Counted from the stretch's first letter, positions 50,951-60,983 are shown. The stretch is 64,000 nt of DNA from an uncultured Candidatus Rokubacteria bacterium (GCA_963805625.1 CAWDVE010000010.1:2048001-2112000); one strand, 5' to 3'. Translations and numbers: made by a program. The notes: generated from the letters alone by a model not told the origin.

Positions 50951-51724
50951 ATGCTGCTCAGACGCATCTCGAACCTGATCCGAGGGTTCCTCACCCTGTT
51001 CGTCTCGGGGGTCGAGAAGCACAGCCCCGAGGCGCTGCTGGAGATCGAGAAGGAGAACCTCCGCAAGCAGATCGCGCGGTACAACAACGGTCTTGCCTCG
51101 CACGCCGGCCTCTGCGAGGGGCTCATGACGCGGATCGGGAAGCTCGAGGCCGAGGATCGGGACCTGCGGGCCCGGACCACCGTCAACCTGAAGGCGGGGA
51201 ACCGCGACGCGGCCGGGCAGTACGCGCTCAGGCTCCAGACGATCGCGCGGGAGCTGGAGGAGAGCCGGCGGCAGCTGGAGCAGGCCGAGCAGACGTACCG
51301 CAACCTCCTCGAAGCGCGCGATGTGGCGGTGGCGGCTGCTCGCGCGAAGGTCGAGGCGCTCAAGCAATCCATCAGCGACCTCAAGGTCAAGCGCGCGCTG
51401 GCAGAGCTGAGCGAGATGGCGAGCGGCATGGTCACCTCGATGGGGAGCGCGAGCGACACGCTCGATCGGCTGCACACGATGGTCGAGGACGAGCGTCAGA
51501 AGGCGGCCGGGCGTGTGCGGGTCGCGCGGGACACACTCAGCATGGCAGACGTCCACCTGAAGGAGGCCGAGCAGCGGGCGCTGGCCGAGCAGGCCCTGGC
51601 CGACTTCGCGGCGCGCGAGGGGATCGCGCTGCCGGCGGCCTCACCGGCGGCGGCCTCGCCGGCGGCGCCCGCGAAGACGATGGGGCCGGCACCCACGCGC
51701 GAGGCGCCCCAGACCCAGGGGTGA
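50951..51724 (+). CDS. PspA/IM30/Vipp1 (bacterial ESCRT-III) family protein
   Basis: N-terminal amphipathic helix 'MLLRRISNLIRGFL', 'EKHSPEALL', long coiled coils, Ala/Pro-rich tail; SD GGAGG. Confidence 0.88.
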   Translation: MLLRRISNLIRGFLTLFVSGVEKHSPEALLEIEKENLRKQIARYNNGLASHAGLCEGLMTRIGKLEAEDRDLRARTTVNLKAGNRDAAGQYALRLQTIARELEESRRQLEQAEQTYRNLLEARDVAVAAARAKVEALKQSISDLKVKRALAELSEMASGMVTSMGSASDTLDRLHTMVEDERQKAAGRVRVARDTLSMADVHLKEAEQRALAEQALADFAAREGIALPAASPAAASPAAPAKTMGPAPTREAPQTQG

Positions 51725-51758
51725 GCCCGGACGATCATCACCACGATCGGATGACCCC

Positions 51759-53507
51759 GTGAGCGCTGACCGGCGTTCGGGGCGTGCCCCGAGCCCCGGC
51801 CTGCCCGGCTGGGCCGTGGACCTCGTCACCCTCTACGAGAGCCACGCTACCAACCACTTCATCCTCCACGGCAACGTCCACGACCGGTTCCTCCTTCCGC
51901 TGGGAGACGGGGCCACGCTCGGCAGCCTGGCCGATTTCCTGCTCCGGGTCCTGATGCCGCGCTTCGACGTCGTCCTCAGCTACGACCTCGGCAACGGCAT
52001 CCGCGTGGAGAAGGGCGAGGAGCTCTTCGCCCGGTGGCCGTACGTCAAGGAGACCCCGCAGCTTCCGCGGAGCCCCCGGGAGGCGGTCGAGGTCCTGACG
52101 CGCTACCTGCGCTACTGCGCCAACCTCGGACGCCTCGGCCACGATCAGTCGCAGGTGGGCGTGATCGTGCACGGCGCGGATCTGGTCGCGCCCCCGCCAG
52201 CCGGCGCGCTCCACTACGACCTCAACGCGCTCGCCGTCCTCATGCGCGAGTGGAGCGCGAGCACCGAGCTCCTCCAGCACCCGCTTGCCACGTTCCTCCT
52301 CGCGGAGAACCTGAATGACCTTCACCCGCTCCTGGTCCACAACCCCCGCGCGGCGCGGGTCCTGGTTCCGCTCCCGTCGGCCGACGAGCTCACGCGCGGG
52401 CTCGAGGTCCTGGCAGAGCACTATCCGGTGGCGCAGGGCGAGTACGCCGGCCGCGCCGGGGACCTGGCGCAGCAGCTCGCCGGGGCGAGCCTCGGCGCTG
52501 TCGAGAGCCTGCTGAAGGTCAAGGAGCACGCGAAGGAGCCGCTCGCGCCCGCGGACCTCGTGGCGCTCAAGCGCCGGCTCGTCGAGGACGACACCCAGGG
52601 ACTCGTGGAGTTCGTCCAGTCGGACAAGACCCTCGACGCCCTCGAGGGGCTCGAGCGGATCAAGGCGTCGCTGCGCCAGGACCTGGCGCTCTGGCGACGG
52701 GGTGACCTCCAGGCCCTGCCGATGGGCTACCTCTTCTGCGGTCCGGTCGGCACGGGCAAGACCTTCCTGGTGGAGTGCCTCGCCGGCGAGGCGGGCGTGC
52801 CCGTGGTCAAGCTGAAGAACTTCCGGGACAAGTGGGTGGGCAGCACCGAGAGCAACCTCGAGAAGATCTTCCGGCTGCTCCACGCCCTCGGCCGGTGCTT
52901 CGTCTTCGTGGACGAGGCCGACCAGGCCCTCGGCAAGCGCGAGGCGGGGCCGGGCGACTCGGGGCTCTCGGGGCGCGTCTACTCGATGATCGCCGCCGAG
53001 ATGGGCAACCGGCAGAATCGCGGTCGGATCGTCTGGATCCTCGCGTCGAGCCGCCCCGACCTGATCGAGGTCGATCTCAAGCGCCCCGGCCGGATCGACG
53101 TCAAGGTGCCGATCTTCCCGACCTCGACGCCGGAGGAGGGCTTCGGCCTCCTCCGCGCCCTCTGCGCCCGGCGCGGCCTCGCGATTCCGCCGACGGCCCT
53201 CGAGGGCCTCCGGGACCGCATGCCGCCTCTCCTCACGGCGGGGGCGGCGGAGAGCCTCGCCGTGTGGCTCTACCGGGTGGTCCGCACGGAGGGACGGGAG
53301 CCTCTCGAGACGCTCCGCACGCGGCTCGCCGACTACCAGAGCCCCGTCCCTCCGGATGTGATGGACGCCCAGCTCGAGCTCGCGATCCGGGAGGCGAGCG
53401 ATCTCGAGTTCGTGCCGCCGTTCTTCCGCGAGCGGCGCTGGCGCGCAGGCGGGAACGGACCAGTGGGCTCGGCGGAGGTCCGGCCCGGCCGGCCAGGCCG
53501 CTCCTAG
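51759..53507 (+). CDS. Classical-clade AAA+ ATPase with degenerate N-terminal domain
   Basis: Walker A 'GPVGTGKT', pore loop 'KWVGSTE', Walker B 'FVDEAD', SRH 'SSRPDLIEVDLKRPGRID'. Confidence 0.92.
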   Translation: MSADRRSGRAPSPGLPGWAVDLVTLYESHATNHFILHGNVHDRFLLPLGDGATLGSLADFLLRVLMPRFDVVLSYDLGNGIRVEKGEELFARWPYVKETPQLPRSPREAVEVLTRYLRYCANLGRLGHDQSQVGVIVHGADLVAPPPAGALHYDLNALAVLMREWSASTELLQHPLATFLLAENLNDLHPLLVHNPRAARVLVPLPSADELTRGLEVLAEHYPVAQGEYAGRAGDLAQQLAGASLGAVESLLKVKEHAKEPLAPADLVALKRRLVEDDTQGLVEFVQSDKTLDALEGLERIKASLRQDLALWRRGDLQALPMGYLFCGPVGTGKTFLVECLAGEAGVPVVKLKNFRDKWVGSTESNLEKIFRLLHALGRCFVFVDEADQALGKREAGPGDSGLSGRVYSMIAAEMGNRQNRGRIVWILASSRPDLIEVDLKRPGRIDVKVPIFPTSTPEEGFGLLRALCARRGLAIPPTALEGLRDRMPPLLTAGAAESLAVWLYRVVRTEGREPLETLRTRLADYQSPVPPDVMDAQLELAIREASDLEFVPPFFRERRWRAGGNGPVGSAEVRPGRPGRS

Positions 53508-53517
53508 CCGGCGGCCC

Positions 53518-55216
53518 ATGTCCGGGTGGGCGATCGATCTCGGCAACAGCCACACGCGCGTCGCGCGGTGGGATCCCAAGCAGGGCGGCCCGCGCCTCCT
53601 GGAGCTGCCCGCGATCTGTCGGAAGCCGGGCGAGGAAGAGCCGCTCGCCGCGCCCCGGCTCATCCCGAGCGCGACCGACGTGGTCGAGCATCTCGATCTC
53701 CAGGCCCGGATCGGCCGCTGGCCCTTCATCGCGCAGCGCTGGTTCCTCGGACGGCTCGCCTACATCGGGCGCGAGGCGCTCGAGCGGAGCGCGGCGCTCG
53801 GGCGCCCGACGTTCGTCCCGAACTTCAAGCTCTACCTGGACCGCGAGGCCACGCGGCCGCTGGCGCGCGCGGGCGGGCGCGCCTACACGGCGCGCGACGT
53901 CGCCCGGCTCTTCGTGCGGGAGCTCCTGGCGGAGATCGAGCGCGAGACCGGCGAGCGCATCCGCGACGTCGTGCTGACGGCGCCCGTCGATGCATACGAG
54001 ACGTACCGGGCGGAGCTCTCGCGGATCGCGGGGAGTCTCGGCATCCGCCGGACGCGCTTCGTCGACGAGCCCGTGGCGGCCGCCCTCGGCTACGGCCTGG
54101 GCCTCGACAAGGCGCGCGTCGTGCTCGTCGTGGACTTCGGCGGGGGGAATTCGCACCTGGCCCTGGTCGGGTTCTCGGCGCGGGAGACCGAGGCGGGACG
54201 GGCGGAGGTCCTCGCGAAGGTCGGGCGGCTCCTCGGCGGGAACGACGTCAACCGGCTGGTGCTGGCCGAGCTCTGCCGGCGGCTCGAGTACCCGCTCGAC
54301 GAGTCGGGCGACGACGACGAGGCGGCGTTCTGGCAGCGGCTCATGCTCGCCGAGGCCTGCCGCGTCAAGGAGGCGGTCTACTTCAATCCGACGGCCACGT
54401 TCCACGCCACGCCGCCCGCGTACCTCCGCCGGGCCCCGGTCCTCGCGCGCGACGCGAAGCCCTGGGTCGAGTTCACCCGCGCCGACCTCGACGGCCTCCT
54501 CGAGCGGCACGGGGTCTACCGCCTGATCGGCGAGTGCCTCGAGGAGGTCCTGAAGGAAGGGGCGGCCCGCGGTGTCCGCGAGGACGACATCGAGGACGTC
54601 CTGATGGTGGGCGGCTCGACGCTCCTGCCGCGCGTCTACCCGTTCTTCGAGGAGCGCTTCGGCCGCGACCGCGTGCGCGCCTGGCAGCCCTTCGAGGCCG
54701 GCGTCTACGGCGCCTGCGCGCTTCGCGGCGGGACAGCTCAGCCACGCCGACTTCATCGTCCACGACTACGCGTTCGTGACCTACGACGCCAAGACCCAGG
54801 AGAAGGAGTACACGGTCGTCGTGCCCCGCGGGACGCGCTTCCCGACGGCGCCCGACTTCTGGAAGCGGCAGTTCGTGCCGACCTGCGCCCTCGGCGAGCC
54901 GGAGACGCTCTTCAAGCTCGTCATCTGCGAGATCGGCCGGGGCGTGGACGGCGATCGTCGGTTCGTCTGGGACCGGGCCGGCGAGGTCCACAAGGTGGAG
55001 CACGGGAGCGGCCGCGCCGACGCCGTGGTCGTGCCGCTCAACGAGGCGAATCCCGCCCTCGGCTACCTCGAGCCGCCGCACCCGCCGAGCGACCGACGGC
55101 CGCGACTCGAGATCGCGTTCGGCGTGAACGCGGAGCGCTGGCTCTGCGCCACGGTCCAGGACCTCCGCACCCGGCGCGTGCTCATGCAGGAGGCGCCCGT
55201 GGTGCGGCTGCTGTAG
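53518..55216 (+). CDS. Atypical Hsp70-family protein (about 565 aa) with +1 frameshift near 54721
   Basis: 'AIDLGNS', 'DEPVAAALGYG', 'VDFGGG', 'MVGGSTLLP'; removing one C gives 'ACAFAAGQLSHADFIVHDYAFVTYD' joining ORF 54776..55216. Confidence 0.88.
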
Positions 55217-55224
55217 CAACGCCG

Positions 55225-56702
55225 ATGGGCGACGGTTGGAGCGGCAGCCTTCTGCCGGACCTTTTTCGGTTTGCCGGATTCCTGGCACTGGTGGTGACGG
55301 TCGCGCTTCTCGTCTGGTACTTGTGGCTCTTGTGGCGGCAAGCCCGCGGGCGGGAGTTGCGAGCCCTGGCCCGGGACCTCGGGCTGACGTTTCGGTGGAG
55401 GGGCTCGGTGCCGCTCCTGACGGGCCAGTGGGACGGGTTCCGGGTCTCGTGGCAATTCGGGCGGGATACCGCGTTGGAGGTCCTGGACGTGGTCCTGGTC
55501 GAGGAATCGGAACGGGACCGGATGAGAGGTGGTGGACGGAGTGGAGGGTCGATGGGCAGGGCATTGTCCCGCACGAACTCGTCCTGCGCTCCCGCTTGAT
55601 GCCGAGCAGCGTCGCATGGTCCGCCGGCGACCCGGTGCTCGGCGTGGCCGCGCTGGACAGCCAGACTCGGAGCCTGCTCGCCGCGCTCCAGACGTCCGGC
55701 GTCTCGGTTGCAATCACCGCCGGGAAGGCTCTCGCTCGGACCCCTCACCTGGTCGACGACCAGCGGGCGGTGCGGCAAACATTCACGCACCTCGTGCGCC
55801 TGGTGCGGGGCCTCGCCTTCGAGCCCGCTGACGCACCCCAGCGGCTCGCCCGCCACGCGCATGAGGATCCTGATGGCGAGTGGCGCCTTCGAAGCCTCCT
55901 GTGCCTTCAGGATTCGTTTCCGGGCACCCCCGCTGCACGGGAGGCGAGCCGGATGGCGGCGACTGCGGGCCAGCCGGCACCGATGCGGCTCTCGGGAGCG
56001 GCGTTCCTCGGGGCCGAGGGCGTGCCGTTCCTCGAGGCACTGGCCGCGGATCGATCCGTCGACAGGGACGTCCGTCGTGCGGCGGCTCTCCACGGGGCGC
56101 TGGCGAGCCCCGTGCCCGATGCCCTGCGCCTGATCGCCCGATTCCGGTGGTTCTGGCGGGACTGGGACGTTCCCCAAGCCCTTGCCGATCGCGTCGCGGC
56201 GGTCACCGATGGCGCGCGTGAGCCCGTGCTGCTGGAGCTCGTGGCGGCCGAGGCGCCAAGTCTCCAGGTGGCGGCGGTGCGGGCACTCGCCCGGATCGGG
56301 ACGCGGGACGCGGTGGAGGCCCTCCAGGCCTGCGCTAGGCGCACGAACTCGGCCGGGGAGCTTCCCCGAGCGGCGCGCGAGGCAATCGCAGCGATTCAGG
56401 CCCGTCTCGGTGACGTGGCCGGACGCTTGTCGGTGGCCGTCTCTGACGACGGAATCGGTGGCTTGACGGCGGCCGACCAAGCGCAGGCCGGTGCTCTCTC
56501 GCCTGTCCCAGGCTCCACCGGGTGCTATCAGCCCTCCCACCGACCCACCACCCCCGGACGCGGGCCGCGAGACGCGACGGGGATCGGAGTGGACCCGCTC
56601 CTGACTCCTCCTCCTGGCCAATTCGTTCCCGATCGTGGGCGGCCCTTCAGCGCAACGCGACGCTGTCGGCGTCGACCTCGGCGCGAGCCGGTTGCTCCAT
56701 GA
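55225..56702 (+). CDS. Membrane-anchored HEAT-repeat protein, paralogue of 40888..42309, frameshifted near 55500
   Basis: TM plus 'LARDLGLTF' in one frame; 'WRVDGQGIVP...EDPDGEWRLRSL...QVAAVRALARIG...AIQARL' in the next. Confidence 0.75.
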
Positions 56703-56820
56703 GCCCAGCGATCGCTCGGTGCACGTCGAGCTCGCCCTCGAGCACGCGGGAGAGTGTCGCCGTGACGGGCATGTGCAGGCGCTCGCGCGCGGCGAGCACG
56801 TGGACGATGCGGAACCGACG
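56647..56820 (-). pseudogene. C-terminal remnant resembling NAD(P)H glycerol-3-phosphate dehydrogenase (GpsA)
   Basis: Frame not in the ORF track: 'VLAARERLHMPVTATLSRVLEGELDVHRAIAGLMEQPARAE'. Confidence 0.5.
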
Positions 56821-56842
56821 ATGAAGGAGATCGCCGCGGGGC

Positions 56843-56945
56843 CTACGCCGCCGGGGGGTGCTGCGTCATGGCGGCCCAGATGAAGCCGACGAGTTCGCGG
56901 GCGAGGGCCGTCACCGCGACGGGAGGACGTTTGCCGTGCCCGCCC
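56843..56945 (-). mobile_element. IS110-family transposase C-terminal remnant
   Basis: 'GKRPPVAVTALARELVGFIWA' is the typical IS110 tail (GK....A..A.AR.L....W). Confidence 0.7.
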
Positions 56946-57346
56946 TCGGTCGCCGGCTCTACGCGGCGAAGCTCCCACGCGGCCAGGCCGGGGTCGCGTG
57001 GACGCGGTACCGGATCCGCCAGGCCGCGCTCGACGCCGCGGCGCCGCTGGGCCCGCTGCGCACACACTGCTCACGGAGATCGAGGTCGCGCCGGGCTTCG
57101 CGCTCGAGCGCCTCGGCGCGGCGCTCTACCGCCGCCAGCACGCGGCCGGCGCGCCCGGCCTCACGCCGGCCGAGTGGCAGCGGCTCTGGCAAGCCTATCG
57201 GGCGCGCCGGCCGGCTCGGTCGGCGTAGGGCGCCGCCTCACCGGTCCCGGGGCTTGCGCCGACGCCGGCGAGCCGCGCCACGATCTGCTAGGTTCTCAGC
57301 TGACTCAGGCACCGCGCTCGCTGTACGCCGGAGAATGGCTTCCGGG

Positions 57347-57991
57347 CTACTGCTGGCCGTACCTGGGGGAGTACGGGCCGTGGAGCAGCCCGCGGTCCCT
57401 GATCGCAAACTGCGCATTGGCTTGTTCCGCCACACTGCGGGCATGGTCCGTCGAGTAGCCGACGACCTGCACGAGGAGGGCGCCGACCAGGTCGGCGAGA
57501 ATGTTGCCCGACCCGCCGGAGCTGTTCTGCGCGACGATTGTGCCTTCCCAGAGCAGCGTGCCGGTCCGCGTGTCCACGAGCCTGGCCACCGCCGAGACGA
57601 CGGTGGTGCTGGCGAGCACCTGGTAGCGGGTCCCGTACTGCCTGAGGGTGATGTACAGGACCGCATCCGCGCCGATGATCTCGCGGATCTTGTCGAGCGG
57701 CGCCTGGGCCATCTCCCCCGGCGTGGGCAGGCCGTTTTCCTTGAGGAAGTGGTCCACCAAGACCACGGGATAGACGTAGTAGCCCAGCTCGGCCAGCGGC
57801 CGGGTCACGGTGGACAGGTACCCGTAGGTGCCCCTGATGTCCGTGCCCTCGTTCAGCGGCGGGAGGACCAGAATCGAGCGCGGTGGATGTGCCCGGTAGT
57901 TGGTGTAGTCGTACGCCTTGGCTGCGCAGCCCGTGGCCGTCAGCCCACAGAAGGCCGCAAGCAGCCCGATCCCCGCCCAGTGGGCGTTCAT
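57347..57991 (-). CDS. DUF799/GNA1162-like lipoprotein
   Basis: Lipobox 'TATG-C', 'PRSILVLPPLN', 'PLAELGYYV.PV', 'GADAVLY'. Confidence 0.85.
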   Translation of the reverse strand: MNAHWAGIGLLAAFCGLTATGCAAKAYDYTNYRAHPPRSILVLPPLNEGTDIRGTYGYLSTVTRPLAELGYYVYPVVLVDHFLKENGLPTPGEMAQAPLDKIREIIGADAVLYITLRQYGTRYQVLASTTVVSAVARLVDTRTGTLLWEGTIVAQNSSGGSGNILADLVGALLVQVVGYSTDHARSVAEQANAQFAIRDRGLLHGPYSPRYGQQ

Positions 57992-58329
57992 TTCCCGCCC
58001 AGCCTGGTTAGTAAGCGGTCCATGAACACCGCGGACTCCGGGAATCTGGCCTTCTCGGTCTCGAACTCCCGGCGCGCCTCGTCCAGTCGTCCGATCTGGT
58101 AGTAGAGATAGCCGAGGTGCGCGTGAAATCCGGGCGGCACCGGTTTGTTCTCCGAGCGCGCCTTCTGGTAGTCCTGCTCGAGGAGCTCGATCTGCCGCTC
58201 GGGAGGCACCGCCCCCGGTTTGGCATACGTGGCGTAGACGACGGCCTCGTACTGGCCCCAGGAGTACAGGGTCGGGGCGGCGCACCCCGTGAGCATCACC
58301 AGCACGACCACCAGGCCCGTGTGAGTCAT
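57988..58329 (-). CDS. DUF4810-like TPR lipoprotein
   Basis: 'LTG-C', 'LYSWGQY', 'VPPGFHAHLGYLY', 'EKARFPES'. Confidence 0.85.
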   Translation of the reverse strand: MTHTGLVVVLVMLTGCAAPTLYSWGQYEAVVYATYAKPGAVPPERQIELLEQDYQKARSENKPVPPGFHAHLGYLYYQIGRLDEARREFETEKARFPESAVFMDRLLTRLGGK

Positions 58330-58330
58330 G

Positions 58331-59026
58331 TCAGGGCCTGACGGGCGTCCACTTCCCGTGCTCCACGCCTTCGACCAGGCGGTTGACGGCCTCGCGGATG
58401 GCGAGATCCAGCACCTTGCCGTTCAGGGTGGAGTCATACGCGGAGGTGCCGCCGAATCCGAGCACTTCCCGGTTGCTGAGCGCGTACTCGCCGGCCCCCT
58501 GCACCGAGTAGACGACCTCCGAGGTGAGCACGTCGATCACGTTCAGGTTCACCTTGGAATAGGCGACCTGCTTCTTGCCGCTGCCGAGAATGCCGAACAA
58601 CTGGACGTCGCCGACTTCCTTGCGGCCAAACTCCGCCACGTCGCCGGTGATGGCGAAGTCGGCCCCCTTCAGCTGCTGTTGCGCGCGCCGGATGGCCGCC
58701 TCGCGCGCGATCTCCTCCATGTTGTCGCGCTCCACGACGGTGAAGCGGCCGGTCTGCTGGAGGTGGGTGATCAGGATGCCCTTGGCCTGGCCACCCAGAC
58801 GGTCCACCCCGTCGGAAAACAGTCCGCGCAGGTAGTTCGAGCGATTGTCGAACTTGCCCACCACCAGGGTGCTCTTCGGGCCCTGGTACGGCGTGCCCGC
58901 CGCCGCCACCTGCTGAGGCTGCAGGGTCTGGTGCGATTCCGTCGCACAGCCGACCAGTCCGACCGCGAGGGCCGTAGCCGAGATGCACAGGCGACACGAA
59001 CGAGCCCTTCGACGTTTCCTGGCCAT
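58331..59026 (-). CDS. CsgG/HfaB-family lipoprotein
   Basis: 'LVG-C', 'VGKFDNRS', 'GRFTVVER', 'GDVAEFGRK'. Confidence 0.88.
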   Translation of the reverse strand: MARKRRRARSCRLCISATALAVGLVGCATESHQTLQPQQVAAAGTPYQGPKSTLVVGKFDNRSNYLRGLFSDGVDRLGGQAKGILITHLQQTGRFTVVERDNMEEIAREAAIRRAQQQLKGADFAITGDVAEFGRKEVGDVQLFGILGSGKKQVAYSKVNLNVIDVLTSEVVYSVQGAGEYALSNREVLGFGGTSAYDSTLNGKVLDLAIREAVNRLVEGVEHGKWTPVRP

Positions 59027-60013
59027 CCTGGATCCCTTCTCGCCCGCCGGAACGGTCCGGCCGGGGCGCGACCGTGTTCCGTCGGTCTCAGAACGTGACG
59101 AGGCGGCAGGGCTGCCGGGGCGAGATCCGTGGGCGCGCGGGAGGCGCGTGACGACGTCGAGCCACGTGAGACGAACTGACCCACCCCCCGATGCGCGTCG
59201 CCATGGCGCGATGCCCTCCGTCACAACAGGACGGCTGAGAGCCCCGTCTCCGGCAGATGTCCAGCGATTATGCCGGGCCGCTTCCCCGTCAACAAACCCG
59301 TTTCTCGTGGGCCTCTTGCCACCGAGCACCAAGCCGCCCCCGTGGTTCTGGAGTCTCCAAGCGTTGCTCCTGACCCGCCCAGACATGAGCAAGGACGACG
59401 CCAGGAGAGACCTACTGGACTTTCAAGGGTTTAGCTCTCTGGTGAGACCGGTGATCGAACTGGCCACCCGGTGAGCTGGGGGAAAGCTCGCCACCATGTG
59501 TCGCATCGCGGAGCGACTGACCCCCGGATCTGGATCGGGGTGGGTCTCGGGGTGAAGGAAGGGGCGGCCCGCGGAACCCGGCCTTCTGTCTGACGGGGCG
59601 AAGATTGACCGGACAGTCGCGGGCGCGACACACGTGAACCTCGCGCGACGCCTCGATCGGACGTATTCGTGAGTCTGCGAGGAACGATCCGAGGCTACCG
59701 GCAATGATGTCGCCGTCGGAACAGCGGAAGCAAAATGCCCAGCCGCCTCCCCGTCGTCGCGCGGCGCCATTCCCCGGTAGGACCGGGAGGCGGTCGGCCC
59801 AGAGCCCGGTCCGCGCGGCTCGAGCCTCCCGCCGCCGTTGCCTGGCCGTGCGCCCGCGCGCTACCCTTCTACCCTGCCCTCCTACCCTCTGGACACGGGG
59901 GCCGGATGGGCGAGGGGGAACCGAGAAACGTGGCTAGCACCTCCTTCTAGGTTCCGTAGCTGTCCCGCCGGCGAGATCTCGAGGACGCCTGCCGTCGCCG
60001 CCGACTCCGCCGG

Positions 60014-60040
60014 GAACTTCCGCGAGCTGTCCCGGTCTAA
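60014..60040 (+). promoter_or_regulatory. ECF (RpoE-like) promoter
   Basis: GAACTT-N16-TCTAA, 10 nt before ATG 60051. Confidence 0.7.
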
Positions 60041-60050
60041 GGGAGCGATC

Positions 60051-60983
60051 ATGCCGCTGACACCCCTGGTCGCCGAGGCGCCTATACGCGACGCTCCACG
60101 CCAGCTCGACGCGGTGGTAGGCCCGCGGCCCTCCCGCGAGACCCCCGGTCCCCGCATCGCCAGGACGCTGGTCGCGGAGCTCCGGGACCCGCGCCTGTAC
60201 CAGATCGCGTGCCTCGGCGGTCTCCTCCTGTTCGGAGTCCTGCGCCTCGACCTCGAGGTCCGCGCCACGCACGCGGCCGTGATCCTCCTGACGGTGCTGG
60301 TCACCCAGTACGCGGGCACGCGCCTCGGCGCGGTCCCCCGATTCGATCCCCGGAGCGCGCTCATATCGGGCCTCTCGCTTTGCCTCCTCCTGCGGACGAA
60401 CGTGCCGCTCCTGGCAGCCCTGACCGCTGCGGTCGCGATCGGGAGCAAGTTCGTGCTCCGCATCCGGGGGAAGCACGTCTTCAATCCGACGAACTTCGCG
60501 CTCGTGGCCATGATTGCCCTGACCGGCCAGGTCTGGGTCTCGCCGGGCCAGTGGGGGAGTGGCGTCTTCTTCGGCTTTCTCCTCGCGTGTGCCGGTGGGC
60601 TGGTGGTGAACCGGGCCTCCCGGAGCGACGTGACGTACGCCTTCATCGGCTTCTACGCCGCCCTTCTTCTCGGCCGAGCCTGGTGGCTCGGGGACCCGCT
60701 GGTAGTCCCGCTCCACCGCCTCGAGAACGGAGCCCTCGTGCTGTTCACGTTCTTCATGATCTCGGATCCCCGGACCACCCCGGACTCGCGAGCGGGGCGG
60801 GTCCTCTTCGCCTTCCTCGTGGCGCTGGGCGCGTGGTTCGTCCAGTTCCGCCTGTTCCGGACGAACGGCCTCCTGTGGTCGCTCGCCCTGTGGTCGCTCG
60901 CGGTGCCGCTGATCGACCGGCTACTGCCCGGCGGACGCTACGAGTGGCGTCCGACCTCCGCAGAAAGGAGACACGTGTCATGA
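60051..60983 (+). CDS. RnfD/NqrB-like membrane protein (stand-alone)
   Basis: 'KHVFNPTNF', 'FFMISDPRTTP', many TM segments. Confidence 0.85.
   Translation: MPLTPLVAEAPIRDAPRQLDAVVGPRPSRETPGPRIARTLVAELRDPRLYQIACLGGLLLFGVLRLDLEVRATHAAVILLTVLVTQYAGTRLGAVPRFDPRSALISGLSLCLLLRTNVPLLAALTAAVAIGSKFVLRIRGKHVFNPTNFALVAMIALTGQVWVSPGQWGSGVFFGFLLACAGGLVVNRASRSDVTYAFIGFYAALLLGRAWWLGDPLVVPLHRLENGALVLFTFFMISDPRTTPDSRAGRVLFAFLVALGAWFVQFRLFRTNGLLWSLALWSLAVPLIDRLLPGGRYEWRPTSAERRHVS

Noticed and set aside
53518-55216. Calling the Hsp70 dnaK
   Set aside because: Divergent motifs, short C-terminal domain, no dnaJ/grpE nearby
53518-55599. 693-aa Hsp70-transmembrane fusion in the ORF track
   Set aside because: Artefact of the frameshift near 54721 reading through into the next gene's frame
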